From NCBI GenBank assembly GCA_963837795.1, contig CAWIOT010000007.1, positions 696,287 to 760,286 on the forward strand: 64,000 nt of DNA, written 5' to 3'. The translations under genes and the position numbers were made by a program. The notes beneath the pieces were generated by a model. That model was not told the origin of the DNA. It made no database searches and saw only the letters and a program-made list of their open reading frames with translations. This DNA is from an uncultured Actinomycetota bacterium (GTDB lineage Bacteria; Actinomycetota; Actinomycetes; Actinomycetales; Cellulomonadaceae). Positions 51,921 to 60,971 of the stretch are shown piece by piece; within the stretch, counting starts at the first letter, position 1, and each line of letters starts with the position of its first letter.

Positions 51921-52925
51921 TCAGTCGATCGTCACGTAGTCGGGACCGGAGTAGTGGCCGGTCGTCATCTTCTGCCGCTGCAGCAGCACGTCGTTGAGCA
52001 GGCTCGAGGCGCCGAACCGGAACAGGTGCGGCGTCAGCCACTCCTCGCCGACCGTCTCCGCGACCGTCACCAGGTACTTGATCGCGTCCTTCGACGTCCG
52101 GATGCCGCCGGCGGGCTTGACGCCGACCTTCTCGCCGCTGAGCCGGTGCCAGTCGCGCACCACCTCGAGCATGAGCAGGGTGACCGGCAGCGTGGCCGCC
52201 GGGGAGACCTTGCCGGTGGACGTCTTGATGAAGTCGCCGCCGGCCAGGATGGCCAGCCACGACGCGCGGCGGACGTTGTCGTACGTGCTCAGCTCGCCCG
52301 TCTCGAGGATGACCTTGAGGTGGGCCGACGAGCCGTCGGGGCGCCGGCAGGCCTCCTTGACGGCGACGATCTCGTCGTAGACCTGCCCGTACCGGCCGGC
52401 CAGGAACGCCCCGCGGTCGATCACCATGTCGATCTCGTCGGCACCCGCGGCGACGGCGTCGGCGGTGTCCTCGAGCTTGATCGCGCGGGACGCACGGCCG
52501 CTCGGGAACGCGGTGGCGACGGCGGCGACCGCGATGCCGCCCTGGTCCGGGTCGCCGTGCGCCGAGCCCAGGGCCTGCACGGCGTGCGTGACCATGTCGC
52601 CGTACACGCACACGGCCGCGACGCGCGGGCAGGTGGGGTCCGCCGCGTCGGGGGTGATCCCCTTGGCGACGAGCGAGCGCACCTTGCCCGGTGTGTCCGC
52701 GCCCTCGAGCGTGGTCAGGTCGATGAGCCCGATCGTGCGGTCGAGGGCCCACGCCTTGGAGGTGGTCTTGACCGAGCGGGTGCCCAGCCCGGCGGCGCGC
52801 TGCTCGAGGCCGACCGCGTCGACGCCGGGGATGCCGTGCAGGTAGCGACGCAGGTTGGCGTCGTTCGCCTCGCCGCCGATGAGCGCCAGCGCGCGGCTGG
52901 TGGGGGCGATCTGTGTGCCGGTCAT
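51921..52925 (-). CDS. deoC: Deoxyribose-phosphate aldolase (long actinobacterial form)
   Basis: The Schiff-base Lys region is DFIKTSTGK, and VKPAGGIR is present. ATG 52925 overlaps the stop of the upstream regulator frame (ATGA). Confidence 0.9.
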   Translation of the reverse strand: MTGTQIAPTSRALALIGGEANDANLRRYLHGIPGVDAVGLEQRAAGLGTRSVKTTSKAWALDRTIGLIDLTTLEGADTPGKVRSLVAKGITPDAADPTCPRVAAVCVYGDMVTHAVQALGSAHGDPDQGGIAVAAVATAFPSGRASRAIKLEDTADAVAAGADEIDMVIDRGAFLAGRYGQVYDEIVAVKEACRRPDGSSAHLKVILETGELSTYDNVRRASWLAILAGGDFIKTSTGKVSPAATLPVTLLMLEVVRDWHRLSGEKVGVKPAGGIRTSKDAIKYLVTVAETVGEEWLTPHLFRFGASSLLNDVLLQRQKMTTGHYSGPDYVTID

Positions 52926-53894
52926 GGCTGGTCCTCGCTGTTCTGGACGGGGTTGCTGATCAGGTGCTCGGCGGTGGCCTCGTCGGTGACGAGGACGGTG
53001 CACAGGCCGCTGCCGACGACGGCTCGGGCGACCGCGTGCTTGGCGGCGCCGGAGATCACGGCGATGCTGAGGTCGGCCGCGCGCAGCCGGTCGAGCGGCA
53101 GCCCGACCGTGCGCGCGTCGAGGTCGGCGTCGACCACGGCACCGGCCGCGTCGACGTAGCGTCCGACGACGTCACCCACCGCACCGCGGCGCGACGAGGC
53201 CGGCGACGTCGTCGGCCGAGAGGTAGCCGCTGTCCACCAGGACGGACCCGGCGTCCGCCGCGCCCGCGCTGAACAGGTAGGCGTCCGCGCTCGCGGCCAG
53301 GTCGAGCACGGCGGACACGGCCCGGTCGGACTCGATGGCCCGCTTGGTCTCGAGGCGCTCGAGGATGGCCGGGCTGGGCAGCAGGGTGGCGTGCCCGCCG
53401 CCCTTCTGCGCGATCGTGACGGCGGTGGAGGCCGCGGTGCCGGTCCGGCGGTTCAGGCTCACGCCGCCGTTGATCTGCACCACGTCGACCTCGTTCGCCC
53501 AGCCGTCCGCGAGGTGCCGGGCCACGTCGTCGAGCGTGCGACCCCAGCTGATCCCGAGGGTGCGGGGGACCGGCCGCAGGGTGGCCAGGTAGTCGGCGGC
53601 CGCCTGTGCGACGCGCGACTGCAGCTCGTCCGGGTCGGCGACGCCCGCCGAGGACACGACGACCGCGTCCTGCAGACCGCACGCCTCGCGCAAGCGGCTC
53701 TCGGTGGCCACGCGGCGGGCGCGGGGGTGCACGATCTCGATCCGGACGACGCCGTTGGCCTTGGCCTGCGCCAGGAGGCGGCCGACCTTCCAGCGGGTGA
53801 GCGCGAGGATCGACCCGATCTCGTCCTGGGTCTTGTCCGCCTCGTAGTACAGCTCGGCGGCGCGCAGGGACAGCAGCTCGTCCGACTCGATCAT
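52922..53894 (-). pseudogene. SorC/DeoR-type sugar-binding transcriptional regulator, frameshifted (1-nt insertion at about 53188-53189)
   Basis: ORF 53172..53948 holds the HTH (KTQDEIGSILALTRWKVGRLL) plus most of the sugar-binding domain and ends ...DDVAGLVAPRCGG*. ORF 52922..53179 continues GDVVGRYVDAAG...AVISGAAKH...LVTDEATA. Removing one C restores the canonical ...LVARGAVGDVVGRY. The length is 3n+1. ATG 53894 follows GAGAGGA. Confidence 0.85.
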
Positions 53895-53961
53895 CCGGGT
53901 CCTCTCGGTCGCCCCACAGTAGGCACCGGCGTGCTCGGATCGCAACACTCGTAGGCCGATC

Positions 53962-53975
53962 TGCTCATATGAGCA
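53962..53975. promoter_or_regulatory. Perfect 14-bp palindrome TGCTCATATGAGCA (candidate operator)
   Basis: This is the only AT-rich perfect palindrome in the 211-bp divergent region between the SorC regulator and the CBM2 protein gene. Confidence 0.5.
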
Positions 53976-54105
53976 CGGCGACCGTCCGGATCACCCGTTC
54001 GGTGCTGCGCTGCCCGATTGACTCACCCAGGGGCGTCGGCGACAGTGGGGCAGCCGTCCGGACGGGCCCGAGCGGAGGGTCGCCGGAGCGAGGGGACAGG
54101 CACGG

Positions 54106-56433
54106 ATGGGTCGACGGGGACGCGGCGCGGTCGCCGGCGCCGTGGTCGTGGCCGTGCTCGCCGTGGGGTTCGGGGCGCTCACCGTGGCGCCGCACCTGCG
54201 CGGCGGCAAGACCGTCGTGGTACCCAGCGCGTGGGCGGAGCCGTGGAAGCGTGCCCACCTGCGCGAGGGTGCCGACGTCGTGCTCGCCTGGGGCGACCGT
54301 GCCGGCGCGGACCCCACCGCGGCGCCGGCGGGGCTGCGGTTCGACCCCGACCGAGCGGTGGCGCAGCTCGACGCCCTCTACGCGCTCGACGTGCACGACC
54401 TCGCCGTGGTCGACCCCGACGGTGCGATCGCCGCCCACAAGATCGTCGTGGTCGTGGACGGCTCGTGGTCGGACGGACCGGGTGCCCCCGGCGCCACGGG
54501 GACGCTGCCGGACAGCGGCGGCCTGTCGCGGAGCCGGCGCGGTGCCACCGGGACGGTGGACGACGGCGTCGGCCTGCTGCGCGTCGGCGTGCCCGCCCTG
54601 GCGGCCCGCGGTCACGAGTCGACGGGTGCCCCCGACGAGGGCGAGGGGGCCGCCGTGGGTGGCTCCGAGTTCGACCCGTCGTGGGAGCTAGCGCGCGGGT
54701 TCGCCGAGGTGGTGCAGGGCTTCGCGTCGCTGGACGCCGGCGGCGGGTTCGCCACGGACGCGTCTGCGACGTTCTGGCCGGCCAGCGCGGCGTACCTGGC
54801 CACCGTCGCAGCCCCGGGCGAGATCGGGGACCCCGCGGACCTGGTGCGCAGCCCGCAGCTGCCCTGGTCCAGCCCGCGGCTCGGGGACGGGAGCTGGTTG
54901 CTGCTGCAGTACCTGGCCGAGCGCGACGGCGAGCAGCTGCTGGGCACGCTGTGGCGCGAGGCGCGGCCCGGTGAGGACCCGATCGACACCTACCAGAGGA
55001 TCACGGGGCTCAGCCGGTCGGACCTGAACCGTCGTGTCGCGGAGTACGCGATGCGCACCGTGACCTGGGACTTCACCGACCGGAGCGCGATCGCCGCCGC
55101 GGTCGGTGACCTGGACCCCGTGCTGCTCGCGGACCGGACCACTCCCGTGCAGGCCGTACCCGACGACCCCGGCCACTACCGCGTCGTCGATGCCTTCGCA
55201 CCGTCCGACTACGGCTTCACCGTGGTCCGCCTGGTGCCCGACGCCGGGGCGCAGGACATCCACCTGCGCCTGCGCGGGCACACCACCGCGGACGCGGGCC
55301 TGAGCTTCGGGTTCGTCGCCGTGCGTGCCGGGGTGCCGCGGTACAGCCCCGTCACGGAGAGCCTCGACCAGGAGGTGCAGCTGACGCTGCGCCCGGGGGA
55401 GAGGGAGGTGTACCTGGTGGTCGTCGGCACCCCGACGCGGAACCACCCGGCCGACTCGACCGGCGGGTCCGGCGACGTCGTGCGGTACCCGTACGAGTTC
55501 CGGCTCGCGGGTGCGACGGTGGCCGACGGCGCCGGCGAGCCGGTCGCAGCGGGCGGCCACCGGCACCCGAACGGCGGCGGGTGGGTGGACGACGCCGCGA
55601 CCGTGGCGCCCACGGCGTTCGTCGGTCCCGGTGCCGTGGTGCGCGGCGACGCGCAGGTGCTCGGCAACGCACGCGTGGAGGGCCGCGCGTGGGTCCAGGG
55701 CGGTGCGCTCGTCGAGGGTGACGCGGTGGTGCGCGACGTCGCTCTCGTGCGGTCCGGCGCACGGCTGAGCGGCACGGTCGTCGTCTCCGGCGACGCCGTG
55801 GTGGACCTGACCTGTGGCTCGGGCAGCCTCACGCGGTTCGACCCGGCGCGGCGCTGCGACGGCCGAGACGGTCCGCCGGACGTGAACCCGCCCGTGACCC
55901 CGTTCTCCGCCGCCGACCTCGCGCTGAGCACCGCGCCGGTCCCCGAGCCCGTCGCCACCCCGACGCCCGAGCCGTCGACCCCGACGCCCGCGCCGACGCC
56001 GCGCCCCACGCGACCGGCCGTCGCCGCTCCGACGCAACCGCCGGCCGCCGCACCGCCGAGCCCGCCGGGCGGTTCCGGTTCCGGCGTGGAACCGCCCGAG
56101 CCCGTGCCCGCGGGCGCCTGCACGGCGACCTACACGGTCACCAACCACTGGTCGTCGGAGGGGCAGAACTGGTACCAGGTGCAGGTCCTCGTGACCGCGG
56201 GCAGCACCGGCGTGGACGGATGGGCGGTGACCTGGACGCTCCCCGCGGGAGGTCAGGTGACCGCGCAGTGGAACGCACGACTGGGCTCCAGCGGCACGCA
56301 GGTCACCGCGGAGAACATGGACTACAACGGCAGCCTGCGCCAGGGGAGCACGACCACGTTCGGGTTCCAGGCCACCGCGCCGGGGGACGCCGGGCTCACG
56401 GTCCCCCAGGTCAGCTGCGCCCGGACCCGCTAG
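54106..56433 (+). CDS. Secreted multidomain protein: unknown N-terminal domain, beta-helix-like repeats, Pro/Thr linker, C-terminal CBM2
   Basis: There is an N-terminal signal/anchor (AVAGAVVVAVLAVGFGAL) and then ~480 aa with no motif I recognise. A hexapeptide-like run follows (VVRGDAQVLGNARVEGRAWVQGGALVEGDAVVRDVALVRSGARLSGTVVVSGDAVV). Next is the linker PEPVATPTPEPSTPTPAPTPRPT. The CBM2 domain is CTATYTVTNHW...GWAVTWTL...WN...FGFQA...VSC. Confidence 0.85.
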   Translation: MGRRGRGAVAGAVVVAVLAVGFGALTVAPHLRGGKTVVVPSAWAEPWKRAHLREGADVVLAWGDRAGADPTAAPAGLRFDPDRAVAQLDALYALDVHDLAVVDPDGAIAAHKIVVVVDGSWSDGPGAPGATGTLPDSGGLSRSRRGATGTVDDGVGLLRVGVPALAARGHESTGAPDEGEGAAVGGSEFDPSWELARGFAEVVQGFASLDAGGGFATDASATFWPASAAYLATVAAPGEIGDPADLVRSPQLPWSSPRLGDGSWLLLQYLAERDGEQLLGTLWREARPGEDPIDTYQRITGLSRSDLNRRVAEYAMRTVTWDFTDRSAIAAAVGDLDPVLLADRTTPVQAVPDDPGHYRVVDAFAPSDYGFTVVRLVPDAGAQDIHLRLRGHTTADAGLSFGFVAVRAGVPRYSPVTESLDQEVQLTLRPGEREVYLVVVGTPTRNHPADSTGGSGDVVRYPYEFRLAGATVADGAGEPVAAGGHRHPNGGGWVDDAATVAPTAFVGPGAVVRGDAQVLGNARVEGRAWVQGGALVEGDAVVRDVALVRSGARLSGTVVVSGDAVVDLTCGSGSLTRFDPARRCDGRDGPPDVNPPVTPFSAADLALSTAPVPEPVATPTPEPSTPTPAPTPRPTRPAVAAPTQPPAAAPPSPPGGSGSGVEPPEPVPAGACTATYTVTNHWSSEGQNWYQVQVLVTAGSTGVDGWAVTWTLPAGGQVTAQWNARLGSSGTQVTAENMDYNGSLRQGSTTTFGFQATAPGDAGLTVPQVSCARTR

Positions 56434-58271
56434 AGGCCGAGCGCGCCCCGCACGTCGGCGGCGACCGCGTCGAGCCGCTCGCGCGCCCGCGCGCGGGCGC
56501 GCCCGAGCGCGGCGTGGTCCGCCGTCCGGTCCACCGGCTCGACGACCTCCAGGTAGCACTTCACCTTGGGCTCGGTGCCGCTGGGGCGCACGATGACCCG
56601 CGTGCCGTCGGCGGTGAGCAGGCGCAGGCCGTCCGTGGGCGGCAGCCCGTCGCGGTCCTCGTCGGAACCCGCTGCCAGGTCGACCACCTCGGTGACGCGT
56701 GCGCCGCCGAGTCGCGCCGGCGGTGCGCTGCGCAGCCGGCGCATGGTCTCGCCGATCTTCGTCAGGTCCTGGAACCGGGCCGAGACCTGGTCGGACAGGT
56801 GCAGACCGTGTGCGCGGGCCAGGTCGTCCAGGGCGTCGAGCACCGAGCGCCCCTGCGCCTTGAGGCCGGCGGCCACCCCGGCGACGAGCAGCGCCGCGGA
56901 GATCCCGTCCTTGTCCCGCACGTGCGCCGGGTCGACGCAGTAGCCGAGCGCCTCCTCGTACCCGAACGTCAGCCCGTCGACGCGCGAGAGCCACTTGAAC
57001 CCCGTCAGGGTCGGCACGTACCGGTAGCCCGCCTCGCGCGCGATCGTGCCCAGCAACCGCGACGACACGATCGAGCTGGCGAACACGGCGCCGTCGCGAG
57101 GGGGCGCGGACGCGAGCGTGGCGCCCAGCAGAGCGCCGGTCTCGTCGCCGTGCAGGATCCGCCACCCCTCGGCCTGCGCGGTGTCCGGTCCCCGGAAGGT
57201 CCGGCGCCGCAGGTCCTGCACGCCGACCCCGCAGCGGTCCGCGTCCGGGTCCAGCGCGATCACCAGGTCCGCGCGCTCGTCGCTGGCCAGCCCGAGGGCG
57301 AGGTCGATCGCCCCCGGCTCCTCCGGGTTGGGGAACGCGATGCTCGGGAAGTTGCCGTCGGGCTCCGACTGCTCGGACACCACGAGGACGTCCGTGAACC
57401 CGGCCTCCTGGAGCACGCGCTGCGCGACCGCGCCACCGACGCCGTGCAACGGGGTCAGCACGATGCGCAGCGCGGCCGCGGCCGACCGCGACGGCGCGTC
57501 CGTCGGTGCCAGCGCGACGACGGTGCGCACGTACGCGTCGACCACCTCGTCGCCGAGCACGGTCCAGCCGCTCGCCGCGCGCGGCACGGACGCGACCGAG
57601 GGCACGTGCGCGATCTCCGCGGCGATCGCCGCGTCCATCGGTGGCACGATCTGCGCGCCCTGGCCGGAGTCGGTGACGACGCGGCCGCCCAGGTACACCT
57701 TGTATCCGTTGTCCTGCGGCGGGTTGTGGGACGCGGTCACCATGATCCCGGCGTCGGCGCCCAGGTGACGCACCGCGAACGCCAGCACGGGGGTGGGCAG
57801 GGCGGACGGCAGCACCAGCACCTCGATGCCCACCGCGGTCAGGACGGCCGCCGAGTCGCGCGCGAAGTCCACCGACTTGTGGCGGGCGTCGTACCCGATG
57901 ACCACGCGGGCAGGCGGCTGCACGCCGTCGAGCTCGCCGAGCAGGTAGTCCGCCAGGCCCGACGCCGCACGGATGACGACGGCCCGGTTCATCCGGTTCG
58001 GCCCGCCGCCCAGCCGGCCGCGCAGACCCGCGGTGCCGAACTGCAGCAGCCCGGAGAACCGGTCCGCGAGCTCGTGGCGTGCCGCCGCGCGCTCGTCGAT
58101 CGCCTGCCGCTGCGTCGGGTCGGGTCGCTCGCCGTCGGGGATGTGCGGGGGGCTCGTGCGGGCCACGTCGAGCAGGCGGCGCAGCTCGTCAGCGGTCTGG
58201 GGATCGGGGTCGTCGTCGATCCACGTCTGCACCCGCGCCTCGAGGTCGGCCCATGCGTCGTCGCCGGTCAT
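56430..58271 (-). CDS. Phospho-sugar mutase (PmmB/phosphopentomutase-like alpha-D-phosphohexomutase)
   Basis: The active-site loop is TASHNPPQDNGYKVY and the metal loop is ALDPDADR. It lies downstream of punA, as with mycobacterial deoD-pmmB. Confidence 0.9.
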   Translation of the reverse strand: MTGDDAWADLEARVQTWIDDDPDPQTADELRRLLDVARTSPPHIPDGERPDPTQRQAIDERAAARHELADRFSGLLQFGTAGLRGRLGGGPNRMNRAVVIRAASGLADYLLGELDGVQPPARVVIGYDARHKSVDFARDSAAVLTAVGIEVLVLPSALPTPVLAFAVRHLGADAGIMVTASHNPPQDNGYKVYLGGRVVTDSGQGAQIVPPMDAAIAAEIAHVPSVASVPRAASGWTVLGDEVVDAYVRTVVALAPTDAPSRSAAAALRIVLTPLHGVGGAVAQRVLQEAGFTDVLVVSEQSEPDGNFPSIAFPNPEEPGAIDLALGLASDERADLVIALDPDADRCGVGVQDLRRRTFRGPDTAQAEGWRILHGDETGALLGATLASAPPRDGAVFASSIVSSRLLGTIAREAGYRYVPTLTGFKWLSRVDGLTFGYEEALGYCVDPAHVRDKDGISAALLVAGVAAGLKAQGRSVLDALDDLARAHGLHLSDQVSARFQDLTKIGETMRRLRSAPPARLGGARVTEVVDLAAGSDEDRDGLPPTDGLRLLTADGTRVIVRPSGTEPKVKCYLEVVEPVDRTADHAALGRARARARERLDAVAADVRGALGL

Positions 58272-58306
58272 GGCCCCAACGTACTCACGAGCATGGTCGG
58301 TCGCCT

Positions 58307-59146
58307 CTACAGCCGACGCACGATCTGGGCCAGCAGGTCGCTGATCCGGGGACCCGCCGCGCGGCCCGCCTCGAGGACCTCCTCGTGCGACAGCGCGGTC
58401 GCGCTGATCCCCGCGCCGAGGTTCGTCATGAGCGAGATGCCGAGGATCTCCAGCCCGGCGTGGCGCGCCGCGATCGCCTCGAGCGTGGTCGACATCCCGA
58501 CGAGGTCACCGCCCAGGACGCCCGCCATGCGCACCTCCGCAGGGGTCTCGTAGTGCGGCCCGGGGAACTGCACGTAGACGCCGTCGTCGAGGGTCGGGTC
58601 GATCTCGCGGGCCACCGCCCGCAGGCGCGACGAGTACAGGTCGGTGAGGTCGACGAACGTCGCACCCTCGAGCGGTGACGTGGCCGTGAGGTTGATGTGG
58701 TCGCGGATCAGGACCGGGGTGCCGGGCGCCCACGCCGGGTTGAGGCCGCCGCAGCCGTTGGTCAGCACGACCGTCGTCGCACCTGCGGCCGCGGCCGTCC
58801 GGACGCCGTGCACCACACGGCGCACCCCGCGGCCCTCGTACAGGTGCGTGCGCGACCCGAGCACCAAGGCGTGCTTGCCCGTGCCCTCGATGCGGATGGA
58901 CCGGGTGGTCGCGCCGTGCCCGGCGACCGCCGGGGCCGAGAACCCGGGGATCTCGTGGCTCGGCACCTCGGCGACCGTCTCGCCCAGGAGGTCGGCGGCG
59001 CCGCCCCAGCCGGAGCCGAGCACCAGCAGGACGTCGTGCTTCTCGACGCCGGTGGCCCGGGCGAGGTACGCGGCGGCCGCGCGGGCGACGTCGAACGGGT
59101 CGGTCGCGGGGTCGTCGAGGTCGGGGACAGGTGTGACGTCGCTCAT
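58307..59146 (-). CDS. punA: Purine-nucleoside phosphorylase (trimeric PNP-I type)
   Basis: The motifs LVLGSGWGG, THLYEG, GMSTTLEAI and SLMTNLGAG are present. Confidence 0.93.
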   Translation of the reverse strand: MSDVTPVPDLDDPATDPFDVARAAAAYLARATGVEKHDVLLVLGSGWGGAADLLGETVAEVPSHEIPGFSAPAVAGHGATTRSIRIEGTGKHALVLGSRTHLYEGRGVRRVVHGVRTAAAAGATTVVLTNGCGGLNPAWAPGTPVLIRDHINLTATSPLEGATFVDLTDLYSSRLRAVAREIDPTLDDGVYVQFPGPHYETPAEVRMAGVLGGDLVGMSTTLEAIAARHAGLEILGISLMTNLGAGISATALSHEEVLEAGRAAGPRISDLLAQIVRRL

Positions 59147-59152
59147 GGTCCG

Positions 59153-59158
59153 AGGCTA
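59153..59158 (-). promoter_or_regulatory. -10 box TAGCCT, 6 nt upstream of the punA ATG (leaderless)
   Basis: This is the reverse complement of AGGCTA at 59153-59158. The ATG is at 59146. Confidence 0.45.
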
Positions 59159-59204
59159 ACCCGCAGGCTCCGTCTGGCCGCGACGCCCGCGACCGGCAGA
59201 ATGG

Positions 59205-60659
59205 GTGACCGTGAGCACCCCCGCGCAGGCCTCGTCCGCCCCCCGCGTCGTCATCCTGGGCGGCGGCCCGGGTGGCTACGAGGCCGCCCTGGTCGGCCGC
59301 CGGCTCGGTGCGGACGTCACGGTGGTGGAGGCGGCCGGCATGGGCGGTGCCGCGGTGCTCACCGACGTGGTGCCCTCCAAGACGCTCATCGCGACCGCCG
59401 AGTGGATGACCATCGCGGACCGCGCCCCCGAGCTGGGCATCCGGCTCGACGGCTCGCCCTTGTCCGGCGTCGTCGGCGGCACGCTCGAGGACCTGCGGCA
59501 CCGGATCGACCTCGCGGCCGTCAACACCCGGGTCAAGGCGCTCGCGGCCGCGCAGTCCGCGGACATCCGGGCGCGGCTCGAGCGCGAGGGCGTCCGGATC
59601 GTCCTCGGCCGCGGTCGTCTCGACGGCCCGTCGCGTGTCGTCGTGACGCGGCAGGAGGGTGTCGACGACCTGACGCTCGACGCCGACGTCGTCCTGCTCG
59701 CCACGGGTGCCACCCCCCGGCGGCTGCCCGAGGCGCGGCCCGACGGCGAGCGCATCCTCACCTGGACGCAGGTGTACGACCTCTCGGTGCTGCCGACGAG
59801 GCTCATCGTCGTCGGATCCGGCGTCACGGGCGCCGAGTTCGCCGGCGCCTACACGTCGCTGGGCTCCGACGTCGTCCTGGTGTCCAGCCGCGACCGCGTG
59901 CTGCCCGGGGAGGATGCCGACGCCGCCCAGCTGCTCGAGGACGTGTTCAAGGCGCGCGGCATGACGGTCATGTCCCGGTCCCGGGCGGCCGGTGCACGGC
60001 GCACCGCCGACGGCGTCGAGGTCACCCTGTCGGACGGACGCGTGATCGAGGGGTCGCACGTCCTGTTCGCCGTCGGGTCGATCCCCACCACGAGCGACCT
60101 CGGGCTCGAGGAGGCCGGCGTCCGGCTGACCGCGTCGGGGCACATCGAGGTGGACAAGGTCTCGCGCACCAGCGTCCGCGGCGTCTACGCGGCGGGCGAC
60201 GTGACCGGCGTCCTGCCGCTGGCGTCGGTCGCGGCGATGCAGGGTCGCCTCGCCATGGCGCACGCGCTCGGCGACGCCGTCAAGCCCCTGTCGCTGCGCG
60301 GGGTGTCGGCGAACATCTTCACGTCGCCCGAGATCGCGACGGTCGGCTCGTCCGAGGCGCTGCTGCAGTCGGAGGGCGTCAAGTACTCGGTGAGCATGCT
60401 GCCGCTGACCCGCAACCCGCGCGCGAAGATGCTGGGCGTCCGGGACGGGTTCATCAAGATCTTCGCGCACTCCGCAACCGGGACGGTGCTCGGCGCCGTC
60501 GTCGTCGGGCCGCGTGCCAGCGAGTCGATCTACCCGCTGACGATCGCGGTGGCGCACCGGCTGACCACCGACCAGCTCGCCGAGACCGCGACGGTGTACC
60601 CGTCCATGTCCGGCACCATCGCCGAGGTCGCCCGCATCCTCCACCACCGCACGGACTGA
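59205..60659 (+). CDS. lpdA: Flavoprotein disulfide-reductase-fold NAD(P)H dehydrogenase (LpdA/Rv3303c-like, lacks the redox CxxxxC)
   Basis: FAD motifs are ILGGGPGGYEAA and VVGSGVTGAEFA. The position of the Lpd CLNxGC motif reads AVLTDVVPSK with no cysteines. It neighbours punA-pmm as in mycobacteria. The start may instead be GTG 59211. Confidence 0.85.
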   Translation: MTVSTPAQASSAPRVVILGGGPGGYEAALVGRRLGADVTVVEAAGMGGAAVLTDVVPSKTLIATAEWMTIADRAPELGIRLDGSPLSGVVGGTLEDLRHRIDLAAVNTRVKALAAAQSADIRARLEREGVRIVLGRGRLDGPSRVVVTRQEGVDDLTLDADVVLLATGATPRRLPEARPDGERILTWTQVYDLSVLPTRLIVVGSGVTGAEFAGAYTSLGSDVVLVSSRDRVLPGEDADAAQLLEDVFKARGMTVMSRSRAAGARRTADGVEVTLSDGRVIEGSHVLFAVGSIPTTSDLGLEEAGVRLTASGHIEVDKVSRTSVRGVYAAGDVTGVLPLASVAAMQGRLAMAHALGDAVKPLSLRGVSANIFTSPEIATVGSSEALLQSEGVKYSVSMLPLTRNPRAKMLGVRDGFIKIFAHSATGTVLGAVVVGPRASESIYPLTIAVAHRLTTDQLAETATVYPSMSGTIAEVARILHHRTD

Positions 60660-60697
60660 CACCTGCCGGATGACCGGCGGCGACGACATCGGTCGGG

Positions 60698-60964
60698 TCA
60701 GCTGCGGGCCAGCAGGAGCTCGCCCACCGCGGTCGCCAGCGCGGGGTCCATCTCCAGCGACTGCAGGTGGGACGCGCGGACCGTCAGGGGGTGGTCCGAC
60801 GTGGCGATCTGGTGGATGCGGGTCTTGAGCGCGTAGCTGATCTGCGCGCGGTCCAGCAGGGTGAACAGGCGTCCCGCGACGTCGTTGGGGACCAGCTGCG
60901 GGTCCGGGCCGAGGTCGACCGTGAGCGTCGCACCCACCGGCACGTCCTCGACCGTGATCGACAC
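60698..60964 (-). CDS. Hypothetical 88-aa protein, possibly the detached C-terminus of the upstream GH31
   Basis: GTG 60964 lies 7 nt after the GH31 stop. GC3 is high. It starts with a beta-sandwich-like SITVEDVPVGATLTVDLG. Confidence 0.5.
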   Translation of the reverse strand: MSITVEDVPVGATLTVDLGPDPQLVPNDVAGRLFTLLDRAQISYALKTRIHQIATSDHPLTVRASHLQSLEMDPALATAVGELLLARS

Positions 60965-60971
60965 CCGGTCG

